Positions 1 to 11,348 of a DNA stretch of 34,370 nucleotides are shown piece after piece. Numbering within the stretch: position 1 is the stretch's first letter; each line of letters opens with the position of its first letter. Under the pieces are notes generated by a model. That model ran no database searches. It had not been told where the DNA came from and was given only the letters and a program-made list of their open reading frames with translations. The translations under genes and the position numbers were made by a program. This stretch comes from Atractiella rhizophila (Eukaryota): positions 1 through 34,370 of the forward strand of contig MU271660.1 in assembly GCA_021432655.1 (NCBI GenBank), written 5' to 3'.

Positions 1-551
1 AGGACGTTCTCTTTACTTAGTTCCCTCTCCAGCTTCTCCGTGCGCGGTCCATAGTCCGACACATTTTCGCGAGCAACTACGTCCGCTCCTTCCATCTGGT
101 GAAAGACTGGATAATGTGAATAGTCAATTTCATCCCTCCTGTACACGTCGGCCGTCAAGATCCACCTGTCATGGCCCATTCTGAAAGTATCAACTTCATG
201 AGCAGACGTATGGGTTCTGAGCATAGTGTTCTGGTTTAGGTAGTAGCTGTCCTTCACGCTCCTTCCAGGATGGTCTGGAGGGAAACCGAGCTCGTCGAAG
301 TTCTTGTAGGTGGATACTATGGGAGATGGAGCTGGAATGGACGTGTAGGAGCTGAGGGAGGAGTGGATGAGCGAACGGAGGATGCCAATAGGGTGCGACG
401 GGTTCAGGTACAAGTTTTGGTCCTTCTTTGCGAGAATAGAGGGGGGAACGTTCGTCCAGCTGTCGGGAGGGTGCTGCGATGCATAGGAAGTTGATGCTGG
501 GGCGGTATATTGGCGTTTGAGGGAGAATTTTGGAAGACGAGTTGGCCTCAT
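1..551 (-). CDS. MSF1: Mitochondrial phenylalanyl-tRNA synthetase, 5' part (continues beyond position 1)
   Basis: Absent from the ORF track because it runs off the edge. Manual translation from ATG at 551 gives an Arg-rich presequence-like start (MRPTRLPKFSLKRQY), then WTNVPPSIL..NLYLNPSHPIGILRSLI, NFDELGFPPDHPGRSVKDSYY, LRTHTSAHE and DVYRRDEIDYSHYPVFHQMEG, the hallmark motifs of mitochondrial PheRS. Confidence 0.95.
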   Translation of the reverse strand, partial: MRPTRLPKFSLKRQYTAPASTSYASQHPPDSWTNVPPSILAKKDQNLYLNPSHPIGILRSLIHSSLSSYTSIPAPSPIVSTYKNFDELGFPPDHPGRSVKDSYYLNQNTMLRTHTSAHEVDTFRMGHDRWILTADVYRRDEIDYSHYPVFHQMEGADVVARENVSDYGPRTEKLERELSKENV

Positions 552-1255
552 TTCACTGACCCTTTCTCAGTTCCTCAGCATAGATGAGCACTTTCTGCTC
601 ACGAAAGAAGGCAATTCCTCCCAATCACAGTGATTTGAGTCCTCGTTGGAGAAAAATATCCAAACTAGGCAAGAGAAATATACTTTGCTGCGAGCTTGAT
701 TGTAAAAGCTCGTTGTGTTGGAACCTTAACTTTATGCTTTTGCATTTGTTCATTTCGACAATGAAAAGTCCCGAAGAACATTGTGGATGTAGGTGGGGGA
801 AGGGATGAGAAGTGATGGGTTCGTTAGAATAAGTCAAGCTTCGCTTGTCACTGTGAGGTGAGTGAAATTTGAGGGTGGATTTTCCACACGATCCGAATTT
901 GTTGTAGTCTACTCGTCCTGTGCCGATCCGAAATGTTCAAATGCGAGTACATCTAAGGAAGTGATGATTTTGATAGCCCGCCCCGAGAGAACTAAAGAAA
1001 GACCTTGATTATTGTTGCACGGCCTCTAGTATTTGTAGAATCTCTAAGTTGATCCGTGTAGAGATCAGTTCCTCCCGTTTCTTTTTCTCCCACATATCGT
1101 TCATCTACGGCAATAGTTGGATGCAAATAATCATAGAAAGGAAGTTATTGCGTGCAGGCGATGGAGTGATTTTTCCTACCCAACTGAGAACAACACTTGA
1201 GTTGTACTGACCGCACTATCTGATCGTTCGATCGTTCTACGCCTGGATCTCACAA

Positions 1256-2980
1256 CTATGCTTTTAGACGACTATCACATTTTCTGGCACTGGAAAAGTG
1301 ATAGTGCGAACCTTTACTTTCATTCCCATCTCGTCTGTGTATCGAATCAAGGGTTCGGTTTCCCCAATATGTAGACACCAGATATCTGCTTTGAACAGTT
1401 TCATGGTCCTTTAAATCCCAATAACGCGGTTCATTGGCTGTGCACGGTAACAGGTACAAATCCCTATGCCTTTACCCGTGCCCCTGCTGTCATCATATTG
1501 CTCGCCGCTAAAATCTCCACGTAAGCGCCAATGTGGGCGAAGTACTCCCGAGGCATCTCGTTCAATAGCCCAAAAATGATACCACCAGCCCACCATGGCG
1601 ATAGACCGAAACGGTCAATCGAACGAGATCCTGTCCATCGAATTTCTTCAAATTGGCCTGCTCTATATCGCCACATCAGACGGTTTTGATCAGGTTCTTG
1701 GTTTGTCTGGCCGAAAAATTGACATCTTGCTGTCCATGCCTCGTCTAGCAGACCGTGCAAGGTGTCTACTTCTTCTGTAGTGTAAAATTCTGGAAAAACC
1801 GCGGCTAGAACAACCTGGCGCACTCTTCGCGATCCTAGGATAGGCACTCCATTAAGCTTCTGCCCAATAATGCCTATCAAATTATGAGGACCACAGGAGA
1901 CAATTTGCAAAGCTGTGTACCTTTCATTCGCTTTGTTTCCAACAATACCTTTTTCTTTCCTTGCTCTTCGATGCTCTTCTGTCGTTGAATCAGTTTGTGT
2001 ACGTTTAATCAAAGTACTTACATCTGAAGACAGCTTAGGAAACGGAGGGTTTCCTTTTCGCGTTCCTTTCTGGCTGCAAAACGGACCCTCCAAATGGTTT
2101 GAGGTGGTGCGGAAGTTGTTCATCATATTGTGTATAAGTTCCGTCCTTTCGCAAAATTTATATAGGCCATTCAAATGGCAGGATTGGGACAGGTCCATCA
2201 AGCTTGCGTCAAGTTTAAGGTGCTACTCTGGCTTGCACACACTTCGCCGCATCAGTACAATGCGGCAGTGAGTCATGCGGTCTTCACTTCTTACACGTAT
2301 AATGGATGCAAAATATCGCATTGCGAACTAGGATTTGCAAATAACGAGGCCAGTTCTGTTTCAACCCCATCTCCCCAAACCAGGGAAAGCTCGGATATTT
2401 TGTTGAATTATCCTTCGGGCTTCAAAATCGGAAGTTATCATCCTTGTGAGGGTGCCAGAGGAATTGCTCACGATGCAAATTGCTACGTGGTCTTTCGGTA
2501 CCATAAAGAGGTTCCACACCCTCGCGAAAGCCATACTCGTTTCCTTCAGCTGGATTTGTTCGATGTTGGCACTGCTGTTTTACCCTAACCTGGTTCTGCA
2601 GCTGTTCATCGTAACAGCTTCCCCTTGGCCTTGGAAATGTGGAAGATGTCCAAGGATACAACGGGGCGTCGCTGGCTTCATAATGAGGGTGTAAATTTGG
2701 ATCCAAGGTATCCCCATTGGTCATGGTGACCACGGCTTTACGGGCAACCCTGCAAGACTCGTGATGAGCAGTTACAACTGGCGGAGGCAAACAAACCATC
2801 TCTTAGATTTGGTAATCCTGCTCGAATAAAGGGGATGCAAGTTGATCCAAGGCATTCTGATGTCCTGATGTTAGTCCTCCTATTTTCTTCGCAGAGGATT
2901 TCTCTTAGGAAGACCAATTGTCACCCCAGAGCAAGTTTTTATACTCAATAATGGAAGGAAGCTTTGTGCGCATGAACATG
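1256..2980 (-). CDS. Hypothetical multi-exon orphan gene or gene relic; exact model unresolved
   Basis: Chain of minus-strand ORFs (2422-2799, 1464-2201, 1256-1459) separated by intron-like segments with donor, branch or acceptor signals (ACTAACATCAG near 2865-2875; GTTTGT...TTGCAG near 2796-2750; GTAAGA near 2294; GTAAAG...GCACAG near 1475-1438). No recognisable domain, and I could not build one stop-free model. Confidence 0.35.
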
Positions 2981-3033
2981 CAGCAAATAATGTCAGTCAA
3001 GACTCCTGCCAGCGCAACGGAGCCAACCAGCCC

Positions 3034-3152
3034 AGATCCCTTTGTGCAACAAGGAGCTCGTAACTTGTCGCCTTTTCCTGTGGAATGAATTGAGATCCTT
3101 AGTTTCTTAGACCATCAAGATCCCTTTGTGCAACAAGAGGCTTGTAACTTAT
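3034..3152 (+). repeat. Imperfect 35-bp direct repeat, two copies 84 bp apart
   Basis: AGATCCCTTTGTGCAACAAGGAGCTCGTAACTTGT (3034-3068) versus AGATCCCTTTGTGCAACAAGAGGCTTGTAACTTAT (3118-3152); the first 20 nt are identical. Confidence 0.9.
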
Positions 3153-5613
3153 TGTGGTCTGACCATAAATTGATTTGTTTTTATTCACACTATTTCTTTG
3201 TGTTAGGATTTTTGTGATGGTATTACCTCTTAACTGCGATCAATATGTCATTTAGTGGCAAAGTGCTTTATATTCCCGCTAAAGTTGAGAAGCACCCTTT
3301 CGGCATTATTTACCTTCCCATCGCTTGTTCATGGAAGTTGTCACCTGCACACAAACGGTTCTGTCATTATTACCACATGCTCCAGCCTTGGCAGATGCCC
3401 AAGATGCCTTTGTCTCCACTTCACGCACCTTATTTCATTCTGCATTTGCTTGGTAAGTTTTGTTTTATCCTAATGAATTATAGATGAGCCAATCTGGCAA
3501 ACAAAGAAAGCCTCTGGTTGCAGAACATTGGTATATTTTCTACATTGGATCACTGAAACTCTAAGATTACTATCCAGTTCTTACAAGGGAGCAGAAAATT
3601 CAAGTGTGTTATGCTGAATTGTCGCTATCTAGCAATGAAAAGGATGAAGAACAGCTCAGTCAGCGCTATCTGAAGTGTAAGCTGCTAGCGAGCTTTCTTT
3701 CCTGATATGCCTACTCGTCCGTCAAGCAGACCACTCGTGTCATTTTGCTTTCATATGTCTCGTCTGGTTTCAGCGGATGCTTCAGCGTGTTGCTGCTTCT
3801 CGTGATCCCAGCATCAGAAACATGTTGTGCCGCGGGTAATGGAGAATGGACCAAACCATAAGCCCACATTGCTGCTCTTTATATGCGAGTTAGGATACCC
3901 ACTCAACGATTGCTATCCTCATTAACCCTTCTGACACATTGTGTGGGAGGCATGGCCTGACTCGAAACACATCCCGTCACAGGACCTCTCTGACAGGGTA
4001 GCCACAAAAGCCAACATTGAGCAATCCGTCTGGCGTTTGATAACGAAGAGTTCGCGCTGGAAGCCGCTGCACCCATCTCATCATCAGATTGATCATCCAA
4101 ACAAAGGCAGGAAAAGAATGAAATCGGGACCTCATGCCTTTACTTTGAGGAACTAGAGCGCAAGTTAGTGAACTCTCGAACGACAGAAAGAGGTGAACAG
4201 GCTCATGTCAATTGTCCCCAATGCCTACATGGAACTTTTAACTGGAGATTACGAGTGACTGCAAGAACACCTTTGTCCCTAGTTTCATTTCGATACGTCG
4301 ATTGCTGGTCGATTTTTCTTTCAAGATGGTTGCAGTTGCAACTTTCCCCGGCGAATCAAGGTTGGCAATGAGTGTTTTTTTAACCCATCACTCTATTTTG
4401 ATATATCTTCCTTCAGATAAAATTGGGCGGACATTTCATCATTATACGGGATGACATCGAGTCTTGCTGCAAATCTGAAACAGTGGCACTCTGCAATGGA
4501 TAAGTCACAAGAAGATGCATCGAAAAAAGGTCGGTGGCCATGCAATAACGGGCGAAGCAAATCGACAGAAAACAATTCTAAGGAGGAGTAGGAGCAGAAT
4601 CAATTTGAGAAAGCGTTGTGTCGCGTCTTCTTCCATTAGCATAAGCGTGGGATACGACGAACTGAGCACCTAGCAAAACGCCTTTTCCGAGTGATACTAG
4701 CACAACATCCACGGCAAAGTGCACTCGTCTAATCAATACGCAACAGACGGATGAATAAATCATCAATCGATTGAGCAACTTCAGCGTCCGAACTCCGACT
4801 CGAGTTCCGCCGCGAGCCAGCAACACTCGGCTGCTTCAATAGCCTCGATGGGAATAGCGGAAGAGAGCTCGCATCGATCCATGAAATATCCGACTTTACC
4901 CTGCTCGTCCTGTTCTTCCCTTCCTTGGCTAGATCCAACCACGACTTTTGCTGTCGAACTGCCTCAACGAGTCCAACTGAAGAATTCCCCCACGCCAACA
5001 ACAGGCTGGACTCGCCAGGCAGTTGATAAGTTGTCCGTTCATCGCACCTCCGAACGCCTAACCCAGTTTGCCACCCTTGTTTACGTGCTCATGATATCTA
5101 AAATTCGAGGGAACTGTTCAAAGCGTTGAAAGGGTGCACGAGGAAGAATGCACAAATCGTACGAAACACCCGATCGATGCGCTGATTCATGCTCAGCCCG
5201 AATGTTCGGTAATCTCCTGGAAGAAAACGACGATTCGCCACTGCATCAGTATATCAGCATATCTATACTCAGCCACACTCAGCATAAATACCAGTTAGGA
5301 CGGAGGCATAATACACCCAGGGTAGATATCGGTGCAGCGAAAAAGCAGTTCTGGGGAGAGTCGGCAGAGTGAGACTTCTCCCGACGTCATAAGCAGATCT
5401 TTCATAAAAACCACCATCTCCCCCTTTTCTCCTCAGATCCCTCAAATCTCCCAGATCGTCCTCTTATCAGTTTACGAGCGATATCTAATACCTGGAGTGC
5501 AACGCTATATCGTAGTCGTACCGTAATAATAGCTTAACCACGTTCGTATTTTTTTCGCGCAGTGAATCGAGAATCGGGTGATAAGATCGTGCATAGACCT
5601 TGCATAGGCGAGA

Positions 5614-7848
5614 ATGTCAATAATCAAATCATTCCTGCACTCCTCCACCCACAACGGGTCAGGAGCGACCACTCCCGATATGCTCACTCCAAAAGCATCC
5701 GACGCCAATCGTAATCCGTTCGACTTCATCCCTCCCTCTCCCACCACCGCGTCCTCGTCCCGCAAGAACTCCATCTTCACCCCCTCCTTCCTCTCCTCAT
5801 CCACAGTCGCCACGCCAACAGCTGGCATCGTAGGCACCAAAGGCATACCGACCACCGCCATCTCACGAGGCGAACCCGAGTTCGATCTCAAACTCGATCC
5901 CTCCCGGCGTCGAAAGGAAAGTGGTCCCGAGAAGGGTCAGCGGGGCAAATTGTTCGTCAAGCTCGTCTCTGCCAGGAATTTGGGTGTCCCAGCCGAGGGA
6001 GGAGAAAATGTGGCGCCGCCGCGCAGGCCGTACGTCGTAGTTACCTTCGATCAGAACGAGTTCATCTCTCGTACGCCCATCGGAGAGGGTGTGCCCGAGG
6101 TCTCGACTGTGGCTGGAAGAAAGGACAGCGCGATTGGACGAGGAGGTGTCAATCCTTCGGGCCTTGCCAAGTCTTTGGAGGCGTACAAACGGCAGATGGG
6201 AGCCATGATGTCGAACGGAGCGAGCGGAGATTCTTCACCCGCCAGTGTGGCAGCCACCTTGCCCGCAGAAGCAGTGGATACGAGCGATGATGATATGGAG
6301 GGTATGGTACACCCCACTAGTAATCCGGTGTGGAAGCACGAGGTTATATTCGACGTCGTATCGGACCAATCTCTCCTCACTTTCTCCCTCTACGACCGTG
6401 TGCGCTCTCGATCGCCCTCTCCCGATTCATCTTCCAGCGACAAAAGCGGCGCTTCGACCGCAGTGCCAAGTCCCACAGTCATCTCTGCTACAGAACGTTT
6501 CTTGGGACACTTCCAGTTCCGCCCACGCCTGCGACACGGGTCGTTCTTCGCCGATTGGTTTCCCCTCCGTTCAAGGGAGGATGCAGAACTCGTACCTGGG
6601 GAAGTGAAAGTGGAGATTCGGTTTGAGAAGAGCGAGACGAGGAAATTGCAGGCGACTGATTTCGCCTTCTTGAAGATGATTGGAAGGGGAACGTTTGGGA
6701 GGGTGTTTCAGGTTAGAAAGAAGGATACGCACAGGATTTACGCCATGAAGGTCCTAAGCAAGAAGGAAATCATTGCCAAGAAGGAGGTTGCGCATACTAT
6801 TGGGGAGAGGAAGATCCTCCAGAGAAGCTCGGAATGCCCATTCTTATTGGGTCTCAAGTTCAGCTTTCAGAGCGAGACGGAACTCTTCTTGGTCATGGAC
6901 TATAAGTCCGGAGGGGAACTATTCCATCATCTTCAGAAAGAGGGTCGCTTTACAGAGGACCGCGCGAGGTTTTATACCGCCGAGATAGTGCTTGCATTTG
7001 AGCATTTGCACAAGTACGATATCGTCTATCGGTTCGGCTCTCCCTCCCTTCTGCGCACAGCTTCGTATTGTGTGGCTGATATCATCATGCAGTGATTTGA
7101 AACCAGAAAACATCCTCCTCGACGCCACAGGACACATCGTCCTTTGTGACTTTGGACTTTCAAAACCAGACCTCCCTCCTGATGCTCTCACCAATACCTT
7201 TTGCGGAACCACGGAATACCTTGCACCTGAAGTCTTGCTCGACGATCATGGGTACTCGAAGCTCGTGGACTTCTGGTCACTCGGAGTTCTCCTCTTTGAG
7301 ATGTGTTGTGGATGGAGTCCTTTCTATGCCGAGGATACTCAAAGCATGTATAAGAATATTTGCTTTGGAAAGATCAAGTTCCCCAGGGGAGTGATTGGGG
7401 ATGATGGCAAACAGTTTGTTAAGGGTGTAAGTATTCCTCCTGCCCTCCCTTCGTCAGTGTTCTCTGATCGAGGAATTCACAGCTGTTGAACCGGAATCCC
7501 AAACATCGATTGGGTAGCAAGAACGACGCCCAGGAGCTGAAGGAGCATGCATTCTTCACCTCCATAGACTGGATTGCTCTCTCCCAACTGCGGATCACAC
7601 CTCCATTCAAGCCCAACGTCTCGTCCGACGAAAGTGTCGACAACTTCGATCGCGAGTTTACAGAGGCGGATGTCTCGCGAGAGGCGCCGGAGTCTGCTTT
7701 CAGGGACAAGGAGGGCTGGGAGATCAAGAAGAGGGAGAGTAGGGAGATTGCACCAGATGAGTTTAGAGGGTTCTCATTCGTGGGTGAGAGTGTGGGTGAC
7801 GACAGTCCTTGGTTGGAAGATGTGGGGAAGAAGATGGAGAACTTTTGA
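5614..7848 (+). CDS. SCH9: AGC-family Ser/Thr kinase Sch9/Sck1 (C2 domain, kinase domain, C-terminal tail); exons 5614-7031, 7093-7426, 7483-7848
   Basis: C2 elements (GKLFVKLVSARNL, PYVVVTFDQNEFIS, NPVWKHEVIFDV). Kinase motifs IGRGTFGRV, YAMKVLSKK, spliced YRDLKPEN, DFG and TNTFCGTTEYLAPE. Hydrophobic motif FRGFSFV. GT-AG introns at 7032-7092 and 7427-7482 restore the frame. Confidence 0.95.
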
Positions 7849-7948
7849 TTCTCCTTCAGCTTCCTTTGAGTTGTGGTTGGAGCTGCATCCTTTGGACGAT
7901 TCTACTTTCGTTGTGTATATTTGATTCCACTTTATCTTATTGATTCCT

Positions 7949-8491
7949 TGACCGCTTCTTCGTCCACTTGTGTGATGTGAACGATTGCTGCTTCTTTCAT
8001 TTCTTCAATCATCTTTACTTCTTCATGAGCGCTCGAGCATGGCATTGCATCATCATTTCAGGTCTCCGAATTCTTAATCGTCACTTCATGATTCCGTTCC
8101 AGAGAAAGAAGGAGAGAGTACGATCATGAGTATAAATGATGCTTCATAACTTGTAGAAATTTGAAATGATACCAGTGTAGCAATTTCTATGCAATTGGCG
8201 AGTTTTATACTGATTCTTCCAAGCTGTGTTGGACAGCGTACTGAAGTCTTTGAATCGACATCCCGCTTGAAACCCTTCTTATTTTGATCTCGACATCACC
8301 TCGAATTTTCTGTACAAAGAGTACCTTCCAAGGACCCAAACGACCAGCGTCACGACACTAGGAAAAGCTGGTGTCTGTCTGCTCGGCCAGGGAAAGTCGT
8401 CAGTTCCAATGGGAAACGAGTTTGAAAACAGACCTGAAACCACCTATTGAATTCCTGGTTCAACACATCCACCTCATCGTGCTCTTCCGTA
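7949..8491 (+). repeat. Copy 1 of a diverged direct duplication (partner 10829-11348)
   Basis: Colinear shared blocks such as GCTTCTTCG..ACTTGTGTGAT, CATTGCATC.TCATT, GAGAGTACGATCATG, AATGATGCTTCATA.CTTGTAGAAA, ACAGCGTAC.GAAG, TTTGATCTCGA, AGAGTACCTTCC, GAAAGTCGT.AGTT and AACAGACCTGAA.CCA.CTATTGAA. Confidence 0.92.
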
Positions 8492-8590
8492 TCACGAACT
8501 TACTCGCTATCCATTCCGGATTCATTCTCTTCTCCCGAAGAAAGGACAGCGCGTTCCCATCGACTCCTACCCCACCTACTAGCAAGTCTG
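8279..8590 (-). pseudogene. Truncated relic of the 3' end of the neighbouring DnaJ gene
   Basis: Reads TEEHDEVDVLNQEFNRWFQ | intron 8433-8375 | TPAFPSVVTLVVWVLGRYSLYRKFEVMSRSK*, paralogous to TEEEGGSQAFNRWLQ | intron | TTTFLSAAALIAWAFGRYSVQTENSNRSSSRSK*. In-frame TAA at 8500-8502, and no J-domain was found upstream. Confidence 0.75.
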
Positions 8591-9483
8591 CAATAAGAAT
8601 GGCATGGAAATGAATGGCAGCTGAACGCAAAGGAGTTGGACGAGGTATCTGGGAATCCCCTGCTTCTTGTCGCTTTTGCATAAACCGTCCCAGAGAGCTT
8701 TGAGGCTTTGATCCTGTCGATAACGGGAATCTGCGGAGTGAAGGGCAGTTATCATCTTGATCCTTAGATGAGAGCTGTCGCTAGACGGTTTGCGTGTCGG
8801 GTAAAGCTAAGAAGAGGCCTAATTTGCGCTCAATCAAAATCAAAGGAGCAAAGAAAATCATCTTGCATAGTCTTTAACCTGTTGCATGGACGGCGCCGCG
8901 GCCTATAAGACTTCGAGCTCATCATAACCGGGAATGGCTGAATTTCTGCAAATCGGGAAACTAAGCATCAACAGCAACGTGAGGGACTGGACTGAAATAA
9001 GCATACAGACTCATGCTGCTGTTTCTTCCTTCTCCCTCCCTCACAGCTGTCCCTTCTTCATTCTTTCTTTGTCATATAACACAGCTTGATTTGTTGACTG
9101 ATTTCTTTGATGCCATATTGACCCAACGAAACTGACAGAAGGCAAGCTTGCTTACTTTTGTAGTCGGTTGGGAATTAAAATAGGTGCGAGCTATCAACTA
9201 ACGTGTCCACCCTGGTTGGTGCGGTACTTGCTAGTAGAATTGTGTTTAGATTCGGCTAAAATGGAAAGAGTAGGAGGAGTAGAATAGAGTCAAAAGTCAT
9301 GATGTAATTAATCATATTTATTACACATGGATGTACACCTTCCTACGTGAACGACTCACGTAGCTCATTGACAGCGGGTTGGAAGGAAATGAATACAATG
9401 GTCTTGCCCTTTCCATGCGACCGAACTATGCTCAGTGGAGTCCAACAGCGAACTTCCACGGCTTTCGTGAGCTTTTGCATCAT

Positions 9484-10342
9484 CTACGCGGGCTTATCGA
9501 CTGGTGGGAGCAGTGAGGTCACCTCTGCGGCCCATTTCGCAATCGATTGATAGCTCCGCTGAGCATTAGTATCCCTTACTTCTGTCATTTCTTCATCATG
9601 AACACCCTCAGGATGATCCCCGATTATCTCAGAAGAAGACAGATCTGAGCTTGATCCTGGAGGGAAAGGCGGGAAACTCGCAGGAGCTTCAAACATATTG
9701 GGGATGGAGTCAAAGATGTTTTGAAGTTCTCGGACGCACCAGAAAAACTGGAATGGATTCGTGCTTGCCTGCAACAACGATAAAAGGGATATGAATTTGA
9801 AAGGGTCCCAACACACGAAGTAATAAGGCGGCCGTCCTGGATCGGGGTTGTTTGATTCGATCAAAAGTACACGATACTTTCTCCAGTCTTCTTCGTATTT
9901 GATGATTTGAGAGAGTACGCTCATTTGTGGCAAAAAAGCCAGAGCACCTTGATCAAATGCGCCACGGATATCCATCTTGACTTTATTATCTCCATTTAAT
10001 CTTGAGTAGACGAAGATCGCGATCACATACGTGGGACTAAGTTCTCAGGAACCTCAGTCTTCCTGTCCTCAAAAGCGCCACAACCGCGCTCGATTCGATA
10101 CACTACTTTTCGCAGCTTCCTCTCATCGAGATACTCAAACTTTGCAACTGAGTCAACCATGCCATCTTTAATAACAACTGACTTGCCAAACGCTATGCCT
10201 TAGGATACCCATTTGCGAGATTAACGACATGCGCATAATGCACAAGGTCACTTTTAGTAAGAACACACAGTTCGTTGTACCAGACTCCGCAGATATGCTT
10301 AGCGAGATCTGAATTCCTTCCAGAGGTTTCTGACTGTGACAT
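9484..10342 (-). CDS. Hypothetical multi-exon orphan protein lying between the duplicated segments
   Basis: ATG at 10342, a 53-nt intron GTGACC...CCTAAG, an exon reading IAFGKSVVIKDGMVDSVAKFEYLDERKLRKVVYRIERGCGAFEDRKTEVPENLVP, then intron GTATGT...GGAG (10030-9990) joining in frame to ORF 9484-10026. No recognisable domain; start and end are uncertain. Confidence 0.45.
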
Positions 10343-10828
10343 GACTAGAAGTAAGCCAAAAGTCAGTCATCTGTTACAGCATACAAGCACAGTCAACCCG
10401 ACTAAAACTTGACGGGGATATGGTGCACGTAACCCCTTTCTCCCACTTTCCCTCATTCTGTTCTTTAGAAAATACTCACCAATCACTGCTGTTTAATCCC
10501 TGAGATCACATTAAGAATTGTTTCTCTCTCTCTTCTTCCCGAGTCCCGACGATTGAAGCTGACGATGACTCGCCTGCCTTTTTCGGAAGTAGAGGTTTCG
10601 ATAGGCTACCTTGATAGAGGTACCTGCTGCTGAAGCAGCAAAGTTGGAACTGATAAGCTAAAAGAGCAACAGCATCAATTGCAGGCAAGATTTCGGCGAA
10701 ATTCAGAGACTTCGAACGGCGACGAGCATGGAATTAAAACAGAGAGGAGAGGATGACAGAGAGGGGACTCGGAAGAGGAAGAGGACTAAAGAGAGCAGGG
10801 GTGTATTTACAGTTGAGAAAGGCTTTTG

Positions 10829-11348
10829 TGACATGCTTCTTCGACAACTTGTGTGATTTGATCGATTGATCATTTCTCATTCATCTTCTCCTCTTCATGA
10901 GGAGCGCATCACATTGCATCTTCATTCAGGTTTGCGAATTCTAAATGGTCACTCAGTCGAGAGAGTACGATCATGTGTATAATGATAATGATGCTTCATA
11001 CCTTGTAGAAAGTTGACAGGATACTACCGTAGCAAATTCAAATTCCTTGCAATCGACGATTTCTACATCAATTCTTCTAAGTTGCTTTGCTGTACAGCGT
11101 ACGGAAGACGTGTTGGATCGACGTCCGGTTTGTAGCCCTTCCTACTTTGATCTCGAACTCGACCTGTTCGAATTCTCTGTCTGTACAGAGTACCTTCCGA
11201 AAGCCCAAGCGATCAGCGCCGCTGCACTGAGGAAAGTTGTTGTCTGCCCAAGAGAAAGTCGTTAGTTGAAAATTCTAGAGAGAAACAAGTCTGAGAACAG
11301 ACCTGAAGCCATCTATTGAAAGCCTGACTGCCGCCCTCCTCCTCCGTA
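10829..11348 (+). repeat. Copy 2 of the diverged direct duplication (3' end and 3' flank of the intact DnaJ gene)
   Basis: Aligns by eye with 7949-8491 over about 0.5 kb with small indels. Confidence 0.92.

Noticed and set aside
955..1200. Possible C/D snoRNA starting at GTGATGA (961)
   Set aside because: There is no D box (CTGA) at a suitable distance and no terminal stem.
2800..2910. In-frame TAA codons on the minus strand suggesting C-to-T hypermutation (RIP-like)
   Set aside because: They fall inside a plausible intron or in a different frame from the likely exon, so there is no firm evidence of hypermutation.
3034..3152. CRISPR-like repeat-spacer-repeat pattern
   Set aside because: Only two imperfect copies exist, the context is eukaryotic and there are no cas genes.
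3245..5129. Plus-strand multi-exon gene model
   Set aside because: Splice-like signals exist, but I could not assemble a consistent reading frame. It is therefore not listed as a feature and is mentioned only within the accessory-island finding.
10193..10195. Apparent premature TAG in the orphan gene, suggesting readthrough, A-to-I editing or RIP-like mutation
   Set aside because: On re-reading, the TAG is out of frame once the 53-nt intron GTGACC...CCTAAG is removed, so no recoding is needed.
7949..11348. LTR retrotransposon (long direct repeats flanking an internal region)
   Set aside because: The repeats are host DnaJ exon, intron and 3' flank sequence. I see no clear TG...CA termini, primer-binding site or gag/pol motifs between them.
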